A stretch of DNA of 64,000 bases from Candidatus Omnitrophota bacterium (GTDB lineage Bacteria > Omnitrophota > Gorgyraeia > Gygaellales > Profunditerraquicolaceae), in contig JAHJJA010000149.1 in the NCBI GenBank assembly GCA_018822885.1, forward strand, positions 771 to 64,770, read 5' to 3'. Positions 36,552 to 45,179 of the stretch are shown in pieces; within the stretch, counting starts at the first letter, position 1, and the number at the start of each line of letters is the position of its first letter. The position numbers and the translations under genes were made by a program. The notes under the pieces are model-generated. The model did not search any database. It was not told where the DNA came from and saw only the letters and a list, made by a program, of their open reading frames with translations.

Positions 36552-37549
36552 TGAAATCTCCCGATAATCATGCTTGTGGCAGTACAATTTAAACCGGAGG
36601 CGCTTATCAAGACTTTATCTATATTTGCATTCTTTTCCATAGAAGCTAATCCTGCTGCTGCAGAAACAGCGCCCTGGGCGCTCAAGCAATCCCCGGTGAG
36701 TGATCTTATCTTCTCCATATCCTGGACCAAATCAATATCTTTATCACTAAGCCCAGCCCTGTTCAAGCAAGAGTTAACAGAATCCTGTAAACCGGATGGG
36801 CCGATACCGTTGCCAAATGCCAGGACTTCAGCGTATATTTTTCTTTTTCTGGCCAAAGCAGATTCCAGATCTTCCAACACTAAAACCGCTGACCCCTCCC
36901 CAAGAATAAAACCATTATTTTCCATTAAGCCAGTTTTGTAAAATCCCAGAAAAGTCTCAAGACACAACTCCTCAACTCCCCCTGTCAACACTGCTTTTAT
37001 CCGCCCCAACCTCAAAAAATCAAAAGCATACTTTAATGCATCAAGGCTCGCGCTAAAACCGGTTGAGAGCGTGGCATTAAATCCCTTAATATTAAACCTT
37101 ATCGAAAGCTGGCTAGCCGGAGAATTAACCACCGTATTTGGAAAAAGCGCCGGATTAACATAATGAGGCCCTTCCCGCAATGCCTCCTTATCGAATTCCA
37201 TGATGCTATGCGCGCTTCCCAAAGTAGAGCCGATAGCAATTCCGGTTGAACGCGAATTTTCTTCGGTGATTTCTAAACCGGAGTCTTTTAAACCAAGATA
37301 TGCCGCGCAAGAAACCAGCTTGATACTCCTATCAAGCGTACGCAAGCCCTTAACTCCTAAGAACTCCTGGGGATTAAAGTCACTTATCTCGCCGGCAGTC
37401 TTAACGGTAAAATCCTTCGTATCAAATAAGGTAATAGGCTTTATCCCGCTCTTGCCGCTTAAAACCGCGTCAAAAAAGGCGTCTTTTCCTGTGCCGCAGG
37501 CGCTTAGTATCCCTATTCCAGTTATTACTACTCTTCTTTTATCCATCAT
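36548..37549 (-). CDS. Truncated ketosynthase-like protein lacking the active-site Cys (chain-length-factor / KS-beta-like partner).
   Basis: N-terminus RVVITGIGILSACG is KS-like. The aligned active-site position reads STGFSAS (Phe in place of Cys). The His-motif region reads GDCLSAQGAV (His replaced by Asp). Only 333 aa. Confidence 0.6.
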   Translation of the reverse strand: MMDKRRVVITGIGILSACGTGKDAFFDAVLSGKSGIKPITLFDTKDFTVKTAGEISDFNPQEFLGVKGLRTLDRSIKLVSCAAYLGLKDSGLEITEENSRSTGIAIGSTLGSAHSIMEFDKEALREGPHYVNPALFPNTVVNSPASQLSIRFNIKGFNATLSTGFSASLDALKYAFDFLRLGRIKAVLTGGVEELCLETFLGFYKTGLMENNGFILGEGSAVLVLEDLESALARKRKIYAEVLAFGNGIGPSGLQDSVNSCLNRAGLSDKDIDLVQDMEKIRSLTGDCLSAQGAVSAAAGLASMEKNANIDKVLISASGLNCTATSMIIGRFQ

Positions 37550-37812
37550 AAATTAATAATTATATACCTTTTACCATCTTATCTCAAGAGTTATTCAATC
37601 AAGAAGGTCAATAAGACTTTATGCCTTTGCTGACGGCACATTGAATTTTTTGCCATCTTCGCACTAGAAACAGGTCTGCGAGGAATTGCGGCGAGCGGAA
37701 GTCCCCAGTGTTAGGAAAGGAATTCTGAGAGCGAGCCGCAAACGGAAGCAGACGGAAAAAAATTCTGTGACGGAAGCAAAGGTATAAAGGCTTATTGTAT
37801 TCAATAATTATC

Positions 37813-39891
37813 TTAGCCTACAAGCATCAACTTTTCATATTCCGGAAATCTCTGCAAGATCTTCTGCTTCAGCTGTATATTCGGGCGAAGCTCAAGGCGC
37901 TGATCAGAGGCGATAAGCTTAAGCGCATCCTCTCTGGCCCTCTTTAGCAGGTGCATCTGGGTAAGCGGATTGGCAATTTTAAGCTCGGTAAGGCCGTGCT
38001 GCCTTGAGCCAAAGAACTCCCCCGGGCCCCTTATTTTCAGGTCCTCTTCAGCTATCCTGAAACCGTCATTGAAATTAACCATTGCTTCAATCCTCGCCTT
38101 AGACTCCTCGGTCTTAGAATCGGCAATAAGAATACAGGTTGATTCCTTCTCTCCTCTGCCGACGCGGCCGCGCAACTGATGCAACTGGCTCAAACCAAAA
38201 CGCTGGGCATGCTCGATTATCATGCACGTGGCATTGGGTATATCAATACCCACCTCTAAGACTGTGGTAGAGATCAAAGCATCGAGCTTCCTATCTTTAA
38301 AACTAGCCATGATCGTCTTTTGTTCCTTTTCATCGAGCCTTCCGTGGATCAAGCCAAGCCTGAATCCCTTGAATTCAGAGCTCTTGAGCTCCTGGAACAT
38401 CCTTTTTGCTCCGGCTAGATCCAGGGCGACTGATTCATCTATGACCGGATAAATAATAAACGCCTGATTACCTTTGGCCAACTCCATACGGGCTATAGCA
38501 TAAGCTTTTCTTTTCTCATCTTCATTAAAGTAGAGTGTTTTAATAGGAAGCCTTCCTTTAGGCATTTCATTTATCACCGAAACATCCAGATCCCCGTATA
38601 AAGTTATAGCAAGCGTGCGCGGGATAGGAGTAGCCGTCATGATCAAAACATCCGGATTTGCCCCTTTAGCAGGAAGCAAAGCCCTTTGCCCGACGCCAAA
38701 CTTATGCTGTTCATCGATCACCACTAATCCTAAATTGCAAAACTCTACCCCCTCTTCTAAAAGCGCGTGCGTCCCGATAACCAAATCTATTTTCCCTTCG
38801 CAGATATCTTTAGAGATATTCTCTTTTTCTTTAATATCTACGCTGCTTGTAAGCAAGCCAATCCTTACTTCTGACTTAAGACTAGAAACTTGCGACTTGA
38901 TCTTCTCATAATGCTGCCTTGCCAATATTTCAGTTGGCGCCATAAAAGCCGCTTGGTAGCCGCCCTGGGCCGCGATTACGCAAGCGCAAGCCGCTACCAC
39001 GGTTTTTCCGCACCCCACATCCCCCTGCAAAAGCCTCTGCATCGCAAGCGGTCCGGACATATCTTTTTTAATCTCTTTAAGCACATTTTGCTGTGAAGCG
39101 GTTAACTCAAAAGTCAAATTCGACAGGAAATCATCGATCAGCTTCCCTTCTGTCTTATGGATTAAGCCCTTCTTTTCTTTTTTATTAAGCTTTCTCATGG
39201 CAAGCGGAAGCTGGAAAATAAAAAACTCCTCAAAAGAAAGCCTCTCAAAGGCCTTTAAACGCAGCGATTCATTTTCCGGAAAATGAATACTGATAAGGCT
39301 TGTGGCCAGATTCAAAAGGTTGTTTCTGGCCCTGATATCATAAGGCAGGCAGTCGGTAATCTGGCCAAGGTACTCATCAAGGGCGCTCTTGACCAGAGCG
39401 CGCATGGTGCGCTGGCCCACCCTTTGCGGCAAAGAATATACCGGGACGATCCTTCCGGTACTAAGCGGCTCCTGTTCTAAGGCAAGCTCAAACTCCGGAG
39501 AGTTCATCTGCAGCTTTGCCCCGTATCGCTGGACCCTGCCATACAATATTACGCTTTGGCCGACTTTAAAATATTCGCTTAAATAAGGCTGATTAAACCA
39601 GACGCAGGAAATCTTTCCGGTTTCATCCCCCACGATCACCTCGGTTATGCTAAAACCCCTGCGGCGAAAAGAGGAACGCTTGCCTTTGACTAACACCTGC
39701 GCTTTTATAGTCTGAAAGGTCCCTTCCTGTAATTTTGATATAGGGCTGAATTTTGTACGGTCTTCATAACGGCGGGGAAAATAATAAAGCAGGTCTTCAA
39801 CAGTCTTGATACCGACAGCGGCAAATGCCTTTGCCCTCTTAGGCCCTATGCCTTTAAGATACTGGATAGAGGTATCGACTGAATTTTTCAT
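37813..39891 (-). CDS. recG: ATP-dependent DNA helicase RecG.
   Basis: Wedge/OB N-terminus, helicase motifs (GDVGCGKT, DEQH), 692 aa. Confidence 0.9.
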   Translation of the reverse strand: MKNSVDTSIQYLKGIGPKRAKAFAAVGIKTVEDLLYYFPRRYEDRTKFSPISKLQEGTFQTIKAQVLVKGKRSSFRRRGFSITEVIVGDETGKISCVWFNQPYLSEYFKVGQSVILYGRVQRYGAKLQMNSPEFELALEQEPLSTGRIVPVYSLPQRVGQRTMRALVKSALDEYLGQITDCLPYDIRARNNLLNLATSLISIHFPENESLRLKAFERLSFEEFFIFQLPLAMRKLNKKEKKGLIHKTEGKLIDDFLSNLTFELTASQQNVLKEIKKDMSGPLAMQRLLQGDVGCGKTVVAACACVIAAQGGYQAAFMAPTEILARQHYEKIKSQVSSLKSEVRIGLLTSSVDIKEKENISKDICEGKIDLVIGTHALLEEGVEFCNLGLVVIDEQHKFGVGQRALLPAKGANPDVLIMTATPIPRTLAITLYGDLDVSVINEMPKGRLPIKTLYFNEDEKRKAYAIARMELAKGNQAFIIYPVIDESVALDLAGAKRMFQELKSSEFKGFRLGLIHGRLDEKEQKTIMASFKDRKLDALISTTVLEVGIDIPNATCMIIEHAQRFGLSQLHQLRGRVGRGEKESTCILIADSKTEESKARIEAMVNFNDGFRIAEEDLKIRGPGEFFGSRQHGLTELKIANPLTQMHLLKRAREDALKLIASDQRLELRPNIQLKQKILQRFPEYEKLMLVG

Positions 39892-39928
39892 AGGCGCCGG
39901 TCATCATGCTGGCTGCTGATCACTTATC

Positions 39929-40393
39929 TTAAAGCGTATACTGCGGCTTATCGGTCTCTGGAATGGCTTGCTCCGAAACAGGGGGATTATCTTCTTTGTT
40001 ATTAGGTATGCGTTTACCCTGCCTGACCTCTATTTCAAAGCTTTGGGAAGAATATTCCTGCTTTGCGATATCGACCACGCTTGGCTCGATCTTGAATTTG
40101 CCTACTTTAGCCGGGGCAAGCACAAAGGCATACACAACAAAAGTGTTAACATCGCCTTTCTTAAGAGAAATCTGAGAAGACTGCGCTTGAGACAAAACAA
40201 TAAAATTATCAAATTTTGGCACTTTAGGCGCGGGGATATTCTTTTCGGAAGAGGTGATTGTCAGCTTATAGGTGATCTGGTCGTCAGTAGTCACAGAGAC
40301 CTTATCTACCTCGGCCTTTACCACGGTCTCCCCAAATAAAGCCGGAGCCGAATAGATCAAAAATAACAATATCAAAGGTAATAACTTTTTCAT
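39929..40393 (-). CDS. Secreted/periplasmic hypothetical protein with a signal peptide.
   Basis: Signal peptide MKKLLPLILLFLIYSAPALFG. 154 aa. No recognisable domain. Confidence 0.5.
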   Translation of the reverse strand: MKKLLPLILLFLIYSAPALFGETVVKAEVDKVSVTTDDQITYKLTITSSEKNIPAPKVPKFDNFIVLSQAQSSQISLKKGDVNTFVVYAFVLAPAKVGKFKIEPSVVDIAKQEYSSQSFEIEVRQGKRIPNNKEDNPPVSEQAIPETDKPQYTL

Positions 40394-40550
40394 AATAAGA
40401 TTTCTAACACATCGTCGCTAAACTGTCAATATTTTTCTTATTCCGGCTGCTTGACAACCTCAAAATTTATGGCATACTATGATTGAAAGTTGAAGTAGGT
40501 TGCTTAACAAGGAGGCCAGATTTGATAGCGAAAGCTACGAGGCCTATCAC

Positions 40551-41585
40551 CTACAAAGAACCCCTAAGAGGAAATGACTCTGCGGGGGTTTTTTGTTTTG
40601 CGGGGCTTGAGCAGTCCTGGATGATTTGGTACATCTCCTTTTTTGTCTTCACTCTGGAGGACTTTTCGCGGAGATGACGCACACCTCTAAAACCCTTGGT
40701 GTACCAGGAAAAGAATTTACGGAATATCACGACTGCTCCCCTCTCGCCGTAGAAATCTACGCAGGCATCCAGATGCTCTGTCATTACCCTTTTTATATCT
40801 TGCCTCGCTGGTTTAGTGATTATTCTCCCATCCTTTAGTAACTCAACTGACTGCTTGAATATCCAGGGGTTCCCCAGCGCACCTCGAGCTATCGCAACAG
40901 CATCACAACCGGTCTCTTCAAACATCTTTTTTACTCCGAAGGCTAAAAACACATTGCCGCTTCCTATGACTGGGACGCCAATCGATTTTTTTACCTCTCT
41001 AATAGCCTGATAATCAACCTCTCCGCCATAACCATCCTCTTTTGTCCTGCCGTGGATAAAAAGCGCGCTTATCCCGGCATCTTCGGCTAACTTTGCGACC
41101 ACCTTAGAATTCTCCGAATGCCTGTCCCATCCGGTGCGGATCTTTAATGTAACGGGAACGTGCGAATTCTTTACCACAAGCTTAAGGATCTTGCTTAATT
41201 CTTCCGGCTCTTTTAACAAGCTCGCCCCCTCTCCCCTGCGCGTGACTTTTTTTGCGGGACAAGCGGCATTAAAATCCAGGATATCAAAATCATAACGGCT
41301 TAAAATATCCAGAGCTCTAAGTATATACTTCTCTTCACATCCTAAGAGCTGCACCCCTAAAGGCCTGTCCTCGGGCACTGAATAGAGCATCTTCTGCGTT
41401 CTCTTACTTCTATAGCCGAGCGAGCGGGCATTTATCATCTCCACAAACGCAAGCTCGCATCCGAATCTACGATTCAGTATGCGAAAAGGAAAATCGCTTA
41501 TCCCGGCCATTGGGGCGAGGATCAAGTTGGATTTTAATTTAAGAGTCCCTATTTTTAGCATTGGTTTCTTAGGGACGTTTTCCAT
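40551..41585 (-). CDS. tRNA-dihydrouridine synthase (DusB-like).
   Basis: LAPMAGISDFPFR ... TIM-barrel Dus family, catalytic Cys region. Confidence 0.8.
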   Translation of the reverse strand: MENVPKKPMLKIGTLKLKSNLILAPMAGISDFPFRILNRRFGCELAFVEMINARSLGYRSKRTQKMLYSVPEDRPLGVQLLGCEEKYILRALDILSRYDFDILDFNAACPAKKVTRRGEGASLLKEPEELSKILKLVVKNSHVPVTLKIRTGWDRHSENSKVVAKLAEDAGISALFIHGRTKEDGYGGEVDYQAIREVKKSIGVPVIGSGNVFLAFGVKKMFEETGCDAVAIARGALGNPWIFKQSVELLKDGRIITKPARQDIKRVMTEHLDACVDFYGERGAVVIFRKFFSWYTKGFRGVRHLREKSSRVKTKKEMYQIIQDCSSPAKQKTPAESFPLRGSL

Positions 41586-41644
41586 TCCAAAGCAAAGAGT
41601 GTCCCCACCGGGGACACTCTTCCGATTGGTTTTGAAAACGTCCC
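41572..41644 (-). promoter_or_regulatory. Nested palindrome between pgi and the dusB-like gene. The inner hairpin is AGAGTGTCCCC-ACC-GGGGACACTCT. Its outer arms GGGACGTTTTC / GAAAACGTCCC overlap the dusB start codon.
   Basis: Read directly. The outer 3' arm coincides with ATGGAAAACGTCCC, the first codons of the dusB-like gene. Confidence 0.4.
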
Positions 41645-41648
41645 TGGT

Positions 41649-43121
41649 TTAAATTATATATTTTGGATTTTTAACGAGCGGGTTATTTTTTATTTCTTCT
41701 GATACTGAGGGGGCCAAGCCTTGTTTTCCTAACTTATAATACATATAATTCTTATACCCTTCTACCCCGGGCTGATCAAAGGCGTTGATATTTAACAACT
41801 CGCCTTCAAAAGCGGTAGTTATCTCAAAAAAGAAAAGTAAGGCGCCCCAATAATACGAAGTCACCGCAGGCATGATTATAGTGCAATTAGGCCGCTCTTG
41901 CCTTACTAGCGCCCATTCAGTCGCTTCCTGGGCAAGCTTTATCAATTCTGAAAACTTCTTTCCGGAAAGGATATCGCTTTTGCCTGGCAGCTTTAAATCG
42001 TTCCTAAACCTCTCGACCCTGATAAAGGTAGTCACCTTATTGTTTTCGCCCTCGATGTTATTCTGCTGAATTGAATGCAAATCATTAGTTCCGCGCGCCG
42101 GGATAGGGGTGCGCCCAAGATTCACTATATTTGCCGGATCTCTTTCCCAAACCTCCGAACCATCCGCCAAAACGCTCACCTTACGGGAGAATTTCTTGCC
42201 AAGGCTTTCCGCCAATAACTGCACATACCACTCCGCGGTAGCTTTAAGCGTTTCCGAAAAAGGCATCATAATAGCTATCGGCTTACCATGCTTCCTGTAA
42301 AGAATGGTATGCAAAACAGCATACATATAAGCAGGATTCCTAGTAAAATCAGCGTTACTGCAAATCTTGCCCATATCATGTGCGCCGCGCAAAACCTCTT
42401 CGATATCGACCCCGGTTATCGCCATATGCAAAAGGCCCATGTTTAATTCCGAGAACCTCCCCCCCACTCCTTTTAATAAAGGAAGGCTCCTAAAGCTTAA
42501 GATATCTTTTTTTTGCGCCTCATCTACCTTTTTCCTCAAAGACCCGGTTTCAGGATCAGTAATAACAACGATCTGCCTGCCGTAATTTTTACCTATACCC
42601 TTCTTAAGCCACGCCTCAACCACCATAAACGCCGCCTTGGTCTCGGTTGTTTCTCCTGATTTAGAAATGACTATTACAAAAGTCTTTTTCGGATTAAGAT
42701 TCTTCAATAGCGCATGCAAAGTATCCGGATCCAGGTTATTGCCTTCAAAGTAGATCTTTGGATTTTTCTTACGAAGAAGGGAGAAATCGTTATAATAAGG
42801 CGGACAAAGCGCGCTTTGCGCAGCCAATAACCCAAGATATGACCCCCCTATCCCCAAAGAGACAACGCTTTCATATTTATTAGCGATCTGCCTGCCGAGT
42901 GTCTGTATCTTTTTTATCGCATTCTTATCCTGCAGGGGAAGTCTCATCCATTCAAGATTAAGGCGTATTCTGCTTGAATCATTTACTGATACTTTCAAAA
43001 GATGATGATGGGCATCAGCTATCGCTTGGCTCATCTGGTTTAAATCATCTTCTTTAACGCCGTGCTCCTCTCCGACGCTAGAACTAAACATGTTATTAAA
43101 ATCGAATTTTAAACGCTCCAT
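41649..43121 (-). CDS. pgi: Glucose-6-phosphate isomerase (SIS-domain PGI family).
   Basis: 490 aa with two SIS domains and PGI-like catalytic region motifs. Confidence 0.7.
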   Translation of the reverse strand: MERLKFDFNNMFSSSVGEEHGVKEDDLNQMSQAIADAHHHLLKVSVNDSSRIRLNLEWMRLPLQDKNAIKKIQTLGRQIANKYESVVSLGIGGSYLGLLAAQSALCPPYYNDFSLLRKKNPKIYFEGNNLDPDTLHALLKNLNPKKTFVIVISKSGETTETKAAFMVVEAWLKKGIGKNYGRQIVVITDPETGSLRKKVDEAQKKDILSFRSLPLLKGVGGRFSELNMGLLHMAITGVDIEEVLRGAHDMGKICSNADFTRNPAYMYAVLHTILYRKHGKPIAIMMPFSETLKATAEWYVQLLAESLGKKFSRKVSVLADGSEVWERDPANIVNLGRTPIPARGTNDLHSIQQNNIEGENNKVTTFIRVERFRNDLKLPGKSDILSGKKFSELIKLAQEATEWALVRQERPNCTIIMPAVTSYYWGALLFFFEITTAFEGELLNINAFDQPGVEGYKNYMYYKLGKQGLAPSVSEEIKNNPLVKNPKYII

Positions 43122-43171
43122 AATTATAAACTCCTATCTTTTATCCCGACGCTTCGGTCGGGATTCCGCCC

Positions 43172-43411
43172 CTAAAGCTTTCGGTCCGGATGGGCTTCAT
43201 TATAACTTCCGCATCTCGGACAGACCGATATCGTGTCCTCTTTTGTATTGATGTAAGTATAGGTGCAAATAGAACAAAACCATATGAACTTCGGCTCAAT
43301 CGTCACTTCCTTTTCCTTCTCTTTTCTGGTAAATACCCACACGGAAAACACCAGGACCAGAGAAACAGCCGCGTACAAAGCAATGGCCCAGGAAAAATCA
43401 ATAGCGATCAT
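43172..43411 (-). CDS. Small membrane-anchored zinc-ribbon protein, hypothetical.
   Basis: N-terminal TM plus CSIC ... CPRC pairs. 79 aa. Confidence 0.4.
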   Translation of the reverse strand: MIAIDFSWAIALYAAVSLVLVFSVWVFTRKEKEKEVTIEPKFIWFCSICTYTYINTKEDTISVCPRCGSYNEAHPDRKL

Positions 43412-44049
43412 TATTTATCCTTTGCCGAAAGGTCGATCTTGACCGAGTTCCACTGATTCGGGGTTATCCTTGCCTGCTGCATAAAAAGATACCGGTTGAT
43501 ATAACGCATACTTAAAAGATCGACCTCTAGGTTACCCGAAGATATCTTCCTCTTTACTACTATCGAATTCCTGATGCCGGAGGGAATAATATTATAGGCA
43601 AGTTCAACGTGTGCTACCTGCCTATCCTGAAAATAAAGCATAAAACCATAAGGAAGCACAGGGTGGAATATGATCGAGGTATCCTGTGACCTTACAAGCG
43701 GCGGGGCAACAGGGGCCTCCGGAAAAAATGGAGCCTTTTCTATTCTTAATATTAGTGCGCTATTTGGTTTAGAATAATACCTTCCGAAAGCGAAATCTGC
43801 TCCTGTGCCTGCTTTTCTTAAATCGGAGAGCTCATGTATAACCGGCAATAACTCTTTTGACTTTACCGCAACGCTTGCAACAGGCTTAGAGATCTGAGAG
43901 TTGCTCAAAAACTGCCCCCAGAAATAAACGGCAGAATAACTACCGGGTGCCGCCATTTTACCAAAGGAAAAGCTTATAAGGGCAAACAGGGCAATGTGCC
44001 CGAATACAGAAATAAAAATGGTCTTCTTAAAAGTATTCTCAAGAATCAT
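43411..44049 (-). CDS. TonB/TolA-like energy-transducer candidate (N-terminal TM anchor). The C-terminal domain is atypical.
   Basis: Its position immediately downstream of exbB-exbD and the single N-terminal TM suggest this role. No canonical TonB C-terminal motif was seen. Confidence 0.35.
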   Translation of the reverse strand: MILENTFKKTIFISVFGHIALFALISFSFGKMAAPGSYSAVYFWGQFLSNSQISKPVASVAVKSKELLPVIHELSDLRKAGTGADFAFGRYYSKPNSALILRIEKAPFFPEAPVAPPLVRSQDTSIIFHPVLPYGFMLYFQDRQVAHVELAYNIIPSGIRNSIVVKRKISSGNLEVDLLSMRYINRYLFMQQARITPNQWNSVKIDLSAKDK

Positions 44050-44454
44050 CTATCGCCCTTGATTCGTGGCAACATTTATCTGTTTTATCCCGGATTCGCG
44101 GCTCATATCACAGATCTCGACTACTTTCTCCAATGAGGCTCGCTTATCCGCCTTGATCAAGACTGTCTGAGCCCTGGATGCGGCCTGCTTCAAGATCGCC
44201 CGTAAACTATCCACATTGACAATATTTCCGTCTAAATAGATATAATTCTCGCTGTTTACAATAACTTCGACATTATCACTACTTATGCTCTCGCTAGTCA
44301 CAACCCTGGGCAAGTTAACTTTTATACCCGGGGGCAAAATAAGAATGGGGGTCAAGATAAAAAATATGAGCAGCAAGAATATGACATTTATCAAAGGCAG
44401 GATATCTATCTGCTTAAGCCCTTGCTCTAATTCTATCTTACCTTTAAGTTTCAT
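44050..44454 (-). CDS. exbD: Biopolymer transport protein ExbD/TolR.
   Basis: 134 aa, N-terminal TM, ExbD/TolR fold pattern. Confidence 0.8.
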   Translation of the reverse strand: MKLKGKIELEQGLKQIDILPLINVIFLLLIFFILTPILILPPGIKVNLPRVVTSESISSDNVEVIVNSENYIYLDGNIVNVDSLRAILKQAASRAQTVLIKADKRASLEKVVEICDMSRESGIKQINVATNQGR

Positions 44455-44505
44455 ATATTGATAATCGAAGTGTTACAAAGTTACAAGCACAGTTTGCAAC
44501 CCGTC

Positions 44506-45138
44506 CTATTCCGTTAAGAAATTCACTAATTCCGTCGAAGCCTTTTCCATCTCAAGAATTATGCTATTAACCCGGTTAACCAAGTAATTATAAGCCACGA
44601 ATGTCGGAATGGCGACCAGTAAACCAGCGACAGTAGCTAACAACGCCTGCCAGACCCCACCGGCTAAATCAACCGGGGAAACCGGCTGATTCAACGCTGC
44701 CTTTGCCTGGATCACCTGAAAACACCTGATCATCCCTACAACTGTGCCGAGAAGGCCTAAAAGGGGAGAGATGTGGGCAATGGTCGAGAGAACAGGCAAA
44801 TTCTTCTGCAACCGGGGCACCTGATATAAAGAGGCGTCTTCAATTGCTTCAATGATCTGCGGGCGTGGCCGGTCATATCTTAAAATACCGGCTTTTAAGA
44901 TGTTGGCTACAGGACTCTTTGTGTTATCGCAAATCTGTATCGCCTCTTTAGTCTCATGCCGCTTCATCTTATCAAGCACCTGCCTTAAGAATTCCTGGGT
45001 GTCTATCCTGATCTTCTTAAAATACAGGAATTTTTCTAAGATTATCGCGAAGGCAAAAATAGAGCATAATAATATGGGCCACATGACCGGGCCGCCAGCC
45101 AAAAGAAATTGCCAAAGGCTCATTTTATAAATCACCAC
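44506..45138 (-). CDS. exbB: MotA/TolQ/ExbB proton-channel protein.
   Basis: 210 aa, three TM segments, conserved C-terminal TM region. Confidence 0.8.
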   Translation of the reverse strand: MVIYKMSLWQFLLAGGPVMWPILLCSIFAFAIILEKFLYFKKIRIDTQEFLRQVLDKMKRHETKEAIQICDNTKSPVANILKAGILRYDRPRPQIIEAIEDASLYQVPRLQKNLPVLSTIAHISPLLGLLGTVVGMIRCFQVIQAKAALNQPVSPVDLAGGVWQALLATVAGLLVAIPTFVAYNYLVNRVNSIILEMEKASTELVNFLTE

Positions 45139-45179
45139 TTCTTACCTCCCTTTTATCTTTTACTATTAGCTGTCCTATG

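Noticed and set aside
37550-37812. 263-bp GC-richer spacer between recG and the KS-like gene containing repeated ACGGAAGC / GCGAGC(C)G words. Considered as a riboswitch or small RNA.
   Set aside because: No consistent stem-loop architecture or known riboswitch consensus could be recognised by eye. It is more simply the promoter and leader region of the KS operon.
40440-40600. A sigma70-like TTGACA-N18-TACTAT on the plus strand at about 40452..40481 pointing into the 3' end of the dusB-like gene (a possible antisense or sRNA promoter), with the 64-aa plus-strand ORF 40483..40677.
   Set aside because: The same spacer carries a TTGACA-N17-TAGAAA on the minus strand, correctly placed just upstream of the ATG of the 39929..40393 gene (near-leaderless). 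The plus-strand ORF overlaps the dusB-like CDS. No convincing terminator was found for an sRNA.
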